The notes under the pieces were generated by a model that did not search any database, was not told the DNA's origin, and worked only from the letters and a program-made list of their open reading frames with translations. A DNA stretch of 64,000 nucleotides from an uncultured delta proteobacterium (lineage in GTDB: Bacteria > Desulfobacterota > Binatia > UBA9968), in assembly GCA_963727625.1 (NCBI GenBank), contig CAVSHR010000005.1:896001-960000 (forward strand), given 5' to 3'. A program made the position numbers and the translations under genes. Positions 28,773-37,792 of the stretch are shown one piece after another. Positions within the stretch are counted from its first letter, which is position 1, and each line of letters opens with the position of its first letter.

Positions 28773-29073
28773 GCGACGGCAGTCGGCGGCGAACTCATCG
28801 AGCGTGTAAGCCACGCGATTTCTCCTGACGTAATTGGAAATTCAATCAACTTGCGGCCCAACTATTCTGCAGACAACTCCGGAACGTGCTCGTCTTCATA
28901 CTTTTCGATAAGTACGCCGACAATTTCCATAAGCGAAGCGAGAGGGTGCGATTCGTCTTCGCCCACTTCATCGACCAGTCGATCGAGCAAGGAAACCAAT
29001 CTGTCGTATTCAGCTGCGGTGTGGGGGACGAATACCGTGTCGGCCAGCGAAGACCACGCGTTTACGGTTTTGC
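28773..29073. repeat. ~300-bp direct repeat, copy 1 (copy 2 at 30746-31045)
   Basis: Near-identical stretch covering the antitoxin fragment and the first codons of the cupin gene. Confidence 0.9.
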
Positions 29074-29092
29074 TATCGTCAAATCCTCGCAT
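28862..29092 (-). pseudogene. Duplicated HigA-like antitoxin fragment (no HTH)
   Basis: EYDRLVSLLDRLVDEVGEDESHPLASLMEIVGVLIEKYEDEH, identical to 30834-31064. Confidence 0.7.
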
Positions 29093-29118
29093 GGGATGTG
29101 CCGGTGGTGTCGACGAGC

Positions 29119-30081
29119 CTAACCGCGCCAGTCATAGTACAAACCGGCGTAATCTGTCTTGTAACTACCGCCTTGCTTGATGCCGCGCGGAAAAGTCGAC
29201 GCTGCCGGAAAATCGCCGCTACAATAAATCTCGAGCAGGTTTCCCGAGGGATCTCGGAAGTACATCAAAGCTTTCTTGCCGTCACGCGTCCACGGACCCG
29301 GCGTGACCACCCCGCGGGATTTGAGCCACTCGATCATCGGCAGGAAATTCTCCGCGTCGGCGTGAAACGCGTAATGCGGATATTCGACATCGCGCCCGGT
29401 GGGCTCGCCCCCGCGCGTCGACAAGCCGACGACCGCGCCGGCGACCCGAACCTCGGTGAATGTCTCCGGATCGCTCGTTGACATCGGTTCTCCGCCCAAC
29501 ACATCGATGAAGAAGCGCTTGGACTGTTCGATGTCGCACACCGGCATGCTGAGGTGACCGAAGGAATGGATGCGCGGGCGCTCGGCGGCATTTCCCACGG
29601 AGCCGTTCCATTGATACTGGAGCGCTTCCAACGGCAGCGGTGTCCCGCCCTGGCGGGGCCCGAGTGCCAGCTCGCGAATCTCTTCGTAGCCGCTGTCGCA
29701 GTAAATCTCGAGTAGATTGCCCGAAGGATCGCGAAAATAGAGGAGCGCAGTTTTGTAGTTTCGCGTCCAGCCGTGCCGAGGCACCGCGCATGCTTCGAGC
29801 CAGCGGCGGGCCAGCGCGAAGTTTCTTCCGTCGACATTGAGCCCGTAATGCGGGTACTCCACCGTCGGCCCCGTCCAACCGCCGGATTGCCGAGACATGC
29901 CGAAGATTATGTCGGCGATGCGTACCTCAGCGAATCCCCGAATGTCATGGATGAGTTCCCCACCCAAGACCTGGGTATAAAATCGCTTTGACTCTTCCAC
30001 GTCGCAGCAGGGCAGACTGACATGGTGCAAGGAAGAAAAGCGAGGTCGTTGATGTTGCGCGATTCGGGCGCTGCTCTCCAT
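29119..30081 (-). CDS. Two-domain VOC/glyoxalase family protein
   Basis: Repeated HxS.P..D.E.SKRF, YPHY, YFRDPSGNLLEI. Confidence 0.88.
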   Translation of the reverse strand: MESSARIAQHQRPRFSSLHHVSLPCCDVEESKRFYTQVLGGELIHDIRGFAEVRIADIIFGMSRQSGGWTGPTVEYPHYGLNVDGRNFALARRWLEACAVPRHGWTRNYKTALLYFRDPSGNLLEIYCDSGYEEIRELALGPRQGGTPLPLEALQYQWNGSVGNAAERPRIHSFGHLSMPVCDIEQSKRFFIDVLGGEPMSTSDPETFTEVRVAGAVVGLSTRGGEPTGRDVEYPHYAFHADAENFLPMIEWLKSRGVVTPGPWTRDGKKALMYFRDPSGNLLEIYCSGDFPAASTFPRGIKQGGSYKTDYAGLYYDWRG

Positions 30082-30183
30082 GGCTCGGCTCCTCCGGAGT
30101 GTGATGGTCCGACTATTACACGGACCGTGCTGCGTGAACAAGGTGCGACGCAGCGGGGGTCTTTTCAACCCGGTTGAGACCGC

Positions 30184-30210
30184 AAAACGCCGGGGATTTG
30201 CCCCGGCGTT
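30184..30210 (-). terminator. Intrinsic terminator
   Basis: AACGCCGGGG-CAAAT-CCCCGGCG-TTTT on the minus strand, just downstream of 30236-30787. Confidence 0.75.
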
Positions 30211-30235
30211 CTAGATTGCGCGTAAGATTTGAAGC

Positions 30236-30787
30236 TCAGGCGGCGCCGCGAAAGTTGGGGCGTTTCTCCACCACCATGGTACCCGCCTCGCTGTTGTAGC
30301 GGCCGCGCGCGATGTTTTCTAGATTTGTACCCGTGACGCGGATGAAACGCCCGCCGGCGGGGTAGGCGATGGAGTGGATGGCGCGGTTCTGGAAGATACC
30401 GGCCTGGCCGCGCTCCATGCGGTAGCTCTTCGCCTTTTCTATGGTCGCTTTGCCGGGAACCGAGCCGTCATCCGTACGCTTCCACTCGCTCATTTCAGTA
30501 TGTTTGACCGCCTGGCCGTAAATTGCCCAGGAGTCGCCATGATCGTGCGGTCCGCCGGCATAGTCCCGGTCCATGATATGCGCCAGGACCTGGAAGCCTA
30601 GCTCCGGGTCCTCATAGAGTAAATTTGTGCCAACGCTCGCGTTCGGCCCGCAATGGGCGACGACGAAATCCTCGTTCATCAGCAAGTCCTGCAATCTTTT
30701 CCGCACCGTTTCGCGCCCCCCCGGACCTGGGTCGGCCTTGAGGATGCGACGGCAGTCGGCGGCGAACTCATCGAACGTGTAAGCCAT
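30236..30787 (-). CDS. Cysteine dioxygenase-like cupin protein
   Basis: LYEDPELGF, PHDHGDSWAIYG, AIHSI. Confidence 0.8.
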   Translation of the reverse strand: MAYTFDEFAADCRRILKADPGPGGRETVRKRLQDLLMNEDFVVAHCGPNASVGTNLLYEDPELGFQVLAHIMDRDYAGGPHDHGDSWAIYGQAVKHTEMSEWKRTDDGSVPGKATIEKAKSYRMERGQAGIFQNRAIHSIAYPAGGRFIRVTGTNLENIARGRYNSEAGTMVVEKRPNFRGAA

Positions 30788-30833
30788 GCTATTTCTCCTG
30801 ACGCATCGGAAATTAAATCAACTTGCGGCCCAG

Positions 30834-31064
30834 CTATTCTGCAGACAACTCCGGAACGTGCTCGTCTTCATACTTTTCGATAAGTACGCCGACAATTTCC
30901 ATAAGCGAAGCGAGAGGGTGCGATTCGTCTTCGCCGACTTCATCGACCAGTCGATCGAGCAAGGAAACCAATCTGTCGTATTCAGCTTCGGTGTGGGAAA
31001 CGAAAAGGGTGTCGGCCAGTGAAGACCACGCGTTTACGGTTTTGCCAACATCGAGATTCTGCAT
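30834..31064 (-). CDS. HigA-like antitoxin, N-terminal part only
   Basis: E.EYDRLV.LLD.L.DEVGEDE.HPLA.L....LIE.YE; downstream of higB; C-terminal HTH absent. Confidence 0.7.
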   Translation of the reverse strand: MQNLDVGKTVNAWSSLADTLFVSHTEAEYDRLVSLLDRLVDEVGEDESHPLASLMEIVGVLIEKYEDEHVPELSAE

Positions 31065-31067
31065 GGA

Positions 31068-31355
31068 TCACTCCTTCCAACGGCCCTCGTCGTATTCGGC
31101 ATGGGTCAGCACGGCCCGGACATATATCTTTCGTCGATTGTAGTGGATCGCGGCGATCAATCGAACTTTGTTTCCTCCGGTATTGAACACCGTGAGTTTA
31201 CCAACTTGGTCCGCGGTTGGGAAGACGGCGTGAAGCTCGGCGAAATTTGAGAAGGTGCCGTTTTTCATATTTGCGTACCAACGGGCCAGGGCCGACTTAG
31301 TATCCGAAAATTTCTCGGCAAATTCATTGAGGCGTTTTCAAGTGATGACATGCAT
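31068..31355 (-). pseudogene. higB: HigB-family toxin with an in-frame TGA at codon 6
   Basis: MHVIT*KRLNEF...LARWY...FPTADQVGKLTVFN.GGNKVRLIAAIHY..KIYVRAVLTHAEYD; TGA at 31340-31338. Confidence 0.85.
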
Positions 31356-31409
31356 AAAGGTCATCCTGAAATAATAAATTTTCAGACGAACGCGACCCTC
31401 GATGAATAT

Positions 31410-31622
31410 CTAACGCACTTTCTCCAACTCGGCTAAACGACTCTTTGCCTGATTCGCGTAAGGCGAGTCGGGATATTCTTCGACGATCTGTCGATACAGT
31501 TTCGTAGCGTGCGGCCTGTTGTTCTGCTTCTCTTCCAACTGCGCCGTATCGTATAAGTCTTTCGCTTTGTCGCCGCAGCCCACGAGCAGCAGGAGCAGGC
31601 AGGCGGTAAGAAATCATCGCAT
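31410..31622 (-). pseudogene. Small TPR-like lipoprotein with an in-frame TGA at codon 3
   Basis: MR*FLTACLLLLLVG-CGDKAKDLYDTAQLEEKQNN..HA.KLY.QIVEEYPDSPYA..A..RL. Confidence 0.7.
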
Positions 31623-31723
31623 GCGGCTGAATTTCATCCTCACGCGTTAACTCAAACTGCGCCCTGCAGGTCGTCAATCCCTGCCTTGATTCTTTTTTGC
31701 GGGGACAACTTTAGCTTGCCGGC

Positions 31724-32476
31724 TCAGTCCCGGTAGGAGACGTCCTCGCGGTCGAGCATGCGCAGCAGGCTGGGCCAGGCGCGGTCGTCGCCGGCGGGGC
31801 GGCCGCCGGATGCGGCGATGATGTCGGCGGCGGGCATGGCCAAGGGCACACCTGCCGACTGCGCCAGGATCTGAAACTGACACGCCTTCTCGAGATAAAA
31901 GGAGGCGATGAACGCCTCGCACACGGTCTTGCCCGTTGTGATCCCGCCGTGATTGCGCAGGAGCATGACCGGCTTGTCGCCCAGGTCTTTGACGAGGCGC
32001 GCGCCTTCGGCCGGATCGGCGGCCGCGCGGCCGTAGTCGTGGTAGGCGGTCTGCCCCTGGAAGCGGAGCGCGGGCTGCGACATCGGCAGAAGCCCGCACT
32101 GAAGCGACGAGACCGCGGTCGTGTACGGCATGTGGGTGTGAAACACGCAGTTGACGTCCGGCCGCGCCGCCAGGATCGACCCATGGATCGCGACGCCGGC
32201 CCGATTCACCGGCGCCTCGCTCGGCCCTACGGCCTTGCCTGCGAAGTCCATCCTCACCAGGCTGGACGCGGTGATCTGGTTGAAGAGAATGCCGTGGGGA
32301 TTGAGCAGATACGACGGCGTCGGCCCCGGCACACGCAGAGAGATGTGGGTGTTGATCAGCTCGGACATGCCGTACTTGTCGGCCAGGCGGTACGCGGCGG
32401 CCAGGTTGACGCGCAGCTCGCGCTCCTCCTCGGATATCTGACCCGTGAGTCTCTGGTCGGTTGCTGTCACTGCCAT
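31724..32476 (-). CDS. Class II aldolase/adducin family protein
   Basis: LAAAYRL, NTHISLR, IHGSI, VFHTH, LRNHG. Confidence 0.92.
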   Translation of the reverse strand: MAVTATDQRLTGQISEEERELRVNLAAAYRLADKYGMSELINTHISLRVPGPTPSYLLNPHGILFNQITASSLVRMDFAGKAVGPSEAPVNRAGVAIHGSILAARPDVNCVFHTHMPYTTAVSSLQCGLLPMSQPALRFQGQTAYHDYGRAAADPAEGARLVKDLGDKPVMLLRNHGGITTGKTVCEAFIASFYLEKACQFQILAQSAGVPLAMPAADIIAASGGRPAGDDRAWPSLLRMLDREDVSYRD

Positions 32477-32837
32477 AACATACTCCTTTTCGCTCAACAG
32501 TCTGCTTGCTGATCGGCGCAGACTTTCATGGTATGCAGCACGCATCAGTGCGGGAAATTTGAACGATCTCTTTCGCTGACGCGAGCTATAGCGCCGCGCC
32601 GAAAAAGTGTCAACGGCACAACGCTTGAATCATGGCGTACCGTTACGGAATCGCCAGCCATAGTTTCTGCGCCCCCACCACTTCTGGCTGACGCTTGCCG
32701 GGCATTGCGCAATCTTGATATCCAGGGCCTCGTTGATTAGCGAAATATGATCAATGTGCAAGCCCGGCGTCTGACTGTAAAGGAAGATTTAAAATTCACG
32801 TACGATTTGTTTGTCGGGAACTTTTAAGGAGGCGGTC

Positions 32838-33803
32838 ATGACATTCAGGGGCATACATTTGTTCGCTGCCTTTCTGGGATCGATCACGTTCTTTGCTGCG
32901 TGCGACGAGAGAGCAACCAGCTCATCCGAATCAAAGGCTGTCTCCGAACCAAACAAGTCCGCAGCATCCGACCTCTGGCGCGTCTACGATCAATCCCTCA
33001 AAGGCGCCAAGTACGTTGACCTGACGCACACGCTCACGCCGTCGATCCCAGTGTGGAAAGGATTCGCTCAGGCGAAGTTCATGCCCACGGTCAATCCGCA
33101 GACCAAGCAGTCTTACACCTACAAAAAGGACGGCTTCGAGGCAACGCACTACGACTTGCCCACCGATCAGTACGGCACCCAGCTCGATCCGCCGGCGCAT
33201 TGGGCGCCGGAGTATCCGGCCATCGACGAGCTGCCCGCGACCTATGCGGTGCGTCCGCTGGTGGTGATTTCCATCGTCGATCAAGTGGCGAAAGATCCCG
33301 GCTATCATTTGCAGAAGTCCGATATCGACAGTTGGGAAAAGCGCAACGGCACTATTCCGCCCGGCTCGGTGGTGATGGTCCGTTCGGATTGGTCGAAGAA
33401 GTGGCCCGATCCGGCGCTGGCGAGCGAAAAAGTTTTCCCGGGCGTGTCGTTGGAAGCGCTTAAATTTCTCCACCAGGAACGCCACATTCTTTTTCACGGC
33501 CACGAGCCGCTCGACACCGACACCACGCCGACGCTCGAAGGCGAAGATTGGCTGATGCACCACGGCTACTCCCAGGCCGAAGGTGTGGCGAACCTGGACA
33601 AGGTGCCCGAGAAGGGCTGCCTGGTCACCATCGGCTATCCGAAATTCGCCGGCGGCCTGGGCGGCTACGCTCGTTACATTGCGATCTGTCCGGCGGATTG
33701 GAAATACGGCGTGTCTGTGGGCGAAGTTCCGGAGGCTCCCCTCCCCAAGAGCGACAAGATTCTTCAGTGGGACGCCAAGCTCGGCATGCGCGTGCGCAAA
33801 TAG
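32838..33803 (+). CDS. Cyclase family protein (kynurenine formamidase-like), probably exported
   Basis: VDLTH, QYGTQLDPPAH, HEPLDTD, EGVANL; lipobox-like FAAC; RBS AAGGAGG. Confidence 0.85.
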   Translation: MTFRGIHLFAAFLGSITFFAACDERATSSSESKAVSEPNKSAASDLWRVYDQSLKGAKYVDLTHTLTPSIPVWKGFAQAKFMPTVNPQTKQSYTYKKDGFEATHYDLPTDQYGTQLDPPAHWAPEYPAIDELPATYAVRPLVVISIVDQVAKDPGYHLQKSDIDSWEKRNGTIPPGSVVMVRSDWSKKWPDPALASEKVFPGVSLEALKFLHQERHILFHGHEPLDTDTTPTLEGEDWLMHHGYSQAEGVANLDKVPEKGCLVTIGYPKFAGGLGGYARYIAICPADWKYGVSVGEVPEAPLPKSDKILQWDAKLGMRVRK

Positions 33804-33888
33804 ATTTTTAGCGTGCGGCAAAATTTCGCAGGTCGCTGGCTGGAATTTCGTCGGACGCGAGTCAAATTCATCACGGTGCGAAACTCGT

Positions 33889-35196
33889 CTACGCGACCGC
33901 CTCTTGGAACGTCAGTTGAATCTCCTCCGAACTCTGATCGTCCAGCTTTACTTTCTTGCCATCCTTGATGACCACCGCGAGATTGGCGGAGTCTTGCAAG
34001 ACTCGAATATCTGCGGCCGGATTTTTCTTTAGAATGATCACGTCGGCGAGCTTGCCCGCTTCCAGCACGCCGACCTGGTTTTCCAGTCCGACGGCGTAGG
34101 CGTTTTCTTTCGTGCAGGCGCTGATCGCTTCGAGCGGCGTGTAGCCGCCGCAGCGAACCAAAATCTCGGGCTCTTTGGCGTGCATCTTGCCATAGGGCAT
34201 CCAGGCATAATTGCCGCAATCCGTGCCGCACATGACTTTGATCCCCATGGACCGTGCTCGTTGCAGGACGTGCACCAGCCCGTCCATGTTCTTTTTCATT
34301 CGTTCGAGGCTGATCTGAATTTGCTCCTGCCCCACTTCACGGCCGATTTCCAAGACTCTTTCGACGAACGTCGCGGTCGGCACGATGCGCGCGCCCGCTT
34401 TTGCGACGGCTTCGAGGTCCGCTTCCGTGGCCATGTCGGTATGCATGATCCAGTCGACGCCGGCTTCCGCGGCCGCCCGCGTCGATGCTGAGCCTCGAGA
34501 GTGAATCGCAACTTTCACGTTGCGCCGGTGTGCTTCGCCGACCACCGCGGCGATTTCTTCTTTGGCTAGGGTCTGGATTTCGCCGGAGCGGCTATCCGCC
34601 ATTTTTATAAAATCAACGCCGTGCTTGCACTGGCGCCGCGCTTCGCCAACCATCTCCGCTGCACTGTTGCAAAGCACGCCGATGGAGTGATCCGGAGTTC
34701 CCACCCAGGAAGGCTCTTCGTCCTCGATCGAGCCATAGGTCACGATCATGCGGCTGGCACAGTATACACGCGGACCTTCGATCAAGCCGAGTTTTATCGC
34801 GTCGCGCACAGCCACGTCGGTGAACCAGGTTCCGCCCGGCACGGAGATGCTGGTCACGCCGGAGCGCAGCACCTGCTGCGCGTTTCTCGCGGCGCGCAGG
34901 GTGTTGAATTCGGGCCGGGTCGTGCCTCTGCCTCTGGCTTCGCCCGGCACTTTAGGGTTGCCATATGAAAGATGAGTGTGAGCATCGATCAGTCCCGGCA
35001 TAATCCATTGGCCGGCGGCGTCGATCACTTCCACGTTGTCTCGGTCTTCCAATTTTAAATCGCCCGGCAGGCGTCCCACGCTCTTGATGCGATTGCCTTG
35101 AATCACAATCGCCTCGTTTCGGAGCGGAGGATTGCCGTTGCCGTCGATGAGAATCCCGTCAGAGACGACAATCGTCTTATTGCCGTTGGCGCTCAT
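33889..35196 (-). CDS. Metal-dependent amidohydrolase (prolidase/imidazolonepropionase-like)
   Basis: MPGLIDAHTH, DFIKM, AIHSR, IMH, GTD, GKLADV. Confidence 0.9.
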   Translation of the reverse strand: MSANGNKTIVVSDGILIDGNGNPPLRNEAIVIQGNRIKSVGRLPGDLKLEDRDNVEVIDAAGQWIMPGLIDAHTHLSYGNPKVPGEARGRGTTRPEFNTLRAARNAQQVLRSGVTSISVPGGTWFTDVAVRDAIKLGLIEGPRVYCASRMIVTYGSIEDEEPSWVGTPDHSIGVLCNSAAEMVGEARRQCKHGVDFIKMADSRSGEIQTLAKEEIAAVVGEAHRRNVKVAIHSRGSASTRAAAEAGVDWIMHTDMATEADLEAVAKAGARIVPTATFVERVLEIGREVGQEQIQISLERMKKNMDGLVHVLQRARSMGIKVMCGTDCGNYAWMPYGKMHAKEPEILVRCGGYTPLEAISACTKENAYAVGLENQVGVLEAGKLADVIILKKNPAADIRVLQDSANLAVVIKDGKKVKLDDQSSEEIQLTFQEAVA

Positions 35197-35370
35197 AGCC
35201 ACCTCCATCGTAGGTCAATAATCGCTACCTAAGCCGCGTCCCGATGTGGATGAGCCAATCCGCGGTCGCTCTTAGTCGCGATCTATCAGGCTCGATATGC
35301 AAGCGCAACCAATAATTTGTCAGCGCATTCCGAGAGAAGAACAAGCCCAGGAAACGGAAAACAGGAAAAC

Positions 35371-35397
35371 AGGGTCAGGTCTTTTCTTTTGACATTT
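35371..35397 (+). repeat. RAYT-associated upstream motif GGGTCAGGTCTT
   Basis: agggtcaggtcttttcttttgaca about 50 bp before the RAYT start; equivalent motif reconstructed upstream of RAYT 59327-60148. Confidence 0.65.
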
Positions 35398-35423
35398 CCG
35401 AAAACGTAGATTAGATTCGCCCC

Positions 35424-36275
35424 ATGGCCCGGCCCTTACGGATCGAATTCGACGGCGCGCTTTATCACGTCACCTCGCGGGGAAATAACCGCAAAGCAAT
35501 CTACAAGGATGACGCTGACCGAGAGCTGTTTCTCAAAATTCTCGCTCGGGTCGCGGAGCGCTTTAACTGGATTTGTCACGCCTATTGTTTGATGAACAAT
35601 CATTACCACCTGGTCATCGAAACTCCGGACGGTAATTTATCTAAGGGGATGAGACAGCTCAATGGAGTTTATACTCAGTCATTCAACAAGCAGCACCGCC
35701 GTGTTGGCCATGTCTTTCAGGGACGATTTAAAAGCATCCTGGTCCAGAAAGACAGCCACTTTCTGGAAGTCTGCCGCTACGTCGTGCTTAACCCGGTGCG
35801 AGCGAAGATGGTCCGCCACCCGCGGCAATGGAAATGGAGCAGCTACCGCGCAACGGCAGGCAACACTCGCCCTCACGGTTGTCTCACCGTTGATGAAGTC
35901 CTTAGTCATTTTGGGCAAAGAAAATCCGCCGCGCGACGGAACTATGCCGAGTTCGTTCAAGCGGGGATTGGCAGTGCTTCGATATGGGATGGTCTCGAAG
36001 CACAGAGCCTTCTGGGTGTTGAAGGCTTCGCCGAGGGCCTACGCCAGCACGTGACGGGGAAGCGAAAGATCCGAGAGATTCCAAAAGGTCAAAGATACGC
36101 CGGACGACCCACCTTAGAGAAGATCTTCTCATCAAGAATTCGCCAAAAACAAATGAGAGACCAACGGATCGCAAAGGCTGTCACCGAATACGGCTACAGC
36201 CAAATGGAGTTGGCGAGCCACTTGGACCTACACTACTCGACAATCTGCCGGATAGTGGCAACATCCGGTGAGTAG
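35424..36275 (+). CDS. REP-associated tyrosine transposase (RAYT, Y1/HUH) with C-terminal HTH
   Basis: MARPLR, YHVTSRGN, AYCLMNNHYHL (HUH), GHVFQGRFK, YVVLNP, WSSY. Confidence 0.92.
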   Translation: MARPLRIEFDGALYHVTSRGNNRKAIYKDDADRELFLKILARVAERFNWICHAYCLMNNHYHLVIETPDGNLSKGMRQLNGVYTQSFNKQHRRVGHVFQGRFKSILVQKDSHFLEVCRYVVLNPVRAKMVRHPRQWKWSSYRATAGNTRPHGCLTVDEVLSHFGQRKSAARRNYAEFVQAGIGSASIWDGLEAQSLLGVEGFAEGLRQHVTGKRKIREIPKGQRYAGRPTLEKIFSSRIRQKQMRDQRIAKAVTEYGYSQMELASHLDLHYSTICRIVATSGE

Positions 36276-36509
36276 CAAAGATGCTGGGCTAATCCTTAAC
36301 TTCGGAGGCGCGGAGCTCGCGGAGCAAACCGCTTGGATTTGAAATTATTCGCTCCTAATATTTTTTCGCTTCAGCCAGCCTCCATGACGAATTGACCCAA
36401 GGGGGTTGATTTAGAATTGACCGAACCTAGACTTAAAACCTCGGGTAGGCGAAGAACCCGACACCGGCCCGAGTTGTAAAATCCGAGATAGAGCCAGATA
36501 GAGGAGGAC

Positions 36510-37664
36510 GTGATCATGTTGAGATTAAACCTGAAAAATATGCTGGTTTTACTGGCGGCGTCAGCGCTGGTATTTGCCGCCACCGGCAACGGCATGACGG
36601 CCCAATCATCATCCGTCCAGCTGCCCACCGGCTGGAAAACCCCCAGCGAGCTTTACGCCAAGCTGGCTAAATTGCCGCCGAACCAGCTTGACCAGGTGCT
36701 TTACGAAGGGGCGAAGAAGGAAGGCGCGGTCACCTATGCCGCGCCGTTCGAGGAGAGCCAGATGGCGAAGTTCATGGAGGGCTTCATGCAGAAGTACCCG
36801 GGAATCGACGCCAAAGGCCTGGGCGGCCAGCAAGAGGACGTCAGCAACCGGGTTCTCGCCGAAGCGCGCGCCGGCCGCAGTAGTTTCGACCTCATCAGCA
36901 TCGGCACGTTTCTGGGGCAATACCGGGAAGCAAAAGCCCTCGCCCAGATTCATGATCTGGTCGGCGATGCGCACTATCCAGCCAAATTCCGCGGCAAAGA
37001 CTTCTATTCCTGGAACCTGTTAAGCATGATCATCGCTTACAACACCAACTTGGTAAAACCGTCGGACGCGCCAAAAGGTTATACGGACATGCTCGATCCT
37101 AAGTGGAAGGGAAAATTTTCCGTCGACAACTCACCCGACACCTGGATCTTTGGCATGCTCAACAAATGGGGTGCCGAGAAATCCTATAACTATCAAAAGC
37201 AGCTGATCCAGGATCAGAAAGCGCTGATTCGCAAGGGTCACACCAACCAGACCAACCTCCTCATCGCCGGGGCGTTTCCGGTGTCGATTGAGCTCTATTC
37301 TTACAAAATAGCGTCCATGAAGCACAAAGGCGCTCCTGTTGAAATGGTCTTCCCAAAGGAGTTCGTGTCGGCCGAGGCCAGCGGTGTCGGCATCAGCAGC
37401 CGGGCGCCTCATCCCTATGCGGCGCTGCTTCTCGCTCGCTTTCACGTCGACCCCAATGGCGGGCAGAAAATTCTCGCCCAGTTCGGGCGCGTTATGGCGC
37501 ACCCGGACACTAAACTTAAGTATAAGGACCTCCAGCAGGTAACCGCTCAGGACACGTTGGATCGCATGTCGCTGCTTACTGCCGAGGAGTTGGTGAAGTA
37601 CAGTAAACCGTACACAAAGATCATCAAGGAAATTTACAACCCGGCATTCCGGGGAAAAAAGTGA
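36510..37664 (+). CDS. ABC transporter solute-binding protein
   Basis: Signal peptide; GAKKEGAV, YNTNLV, DPKWKGK, APHPYAA; RBS GAGGAGG. Confidence 0.88.
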   Translation: MIMLRLNLKNMLVLLAASALVFAATGNGMTAQSSSVQLPTGWKTPSELYAKLAKLPPNQLDQVLYEGAKKEGAVTYAAPFEESQMAKFMEGFMQKYPGIDAKGLGGQQEDVSNRVLAEARAGRSSFDLISIGTFLGQYREAKALAQIHDLVGDAHYPAKFRGKDFYSWNLLSMIIAYNTNLVKPSDAPKGYTDMLDPKWKGKFSVDNSPDTWIFGMLNKWGAEKSYNYQKQLIQDQKALIRKGHTNQTNLLIAGAFPVSIELYSYKIASMKHKGAPVEMVFPKEFVSAEASGVGISSRAPHPYAALLLARFHVDPNGGQKILAQFGRVMAHPDTKLKYKDLQQVTAQDTLDRMSLLTAEELVKYSKPYTKIIKEIYNPAFRGKK

Positions 37665-37792
37665 GCTAAAACTCTAAACGCGCTCGGCCCGTTGTCACGC
37701 TGCATTGAACTGCTTCCGGGCCGGGGCGCTTTTCCCCATTTCATGGTAGGTGTTGGGGGCGCGATCGTCGCACTACCAAGAAGTTTTTCATC

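Noticed and set aside
31068-31622. Genome-wide TGA reassignment
   Set aside because: Many well-conserved genes in the window end properly at TGA, and long ORFs contain no internal TGA
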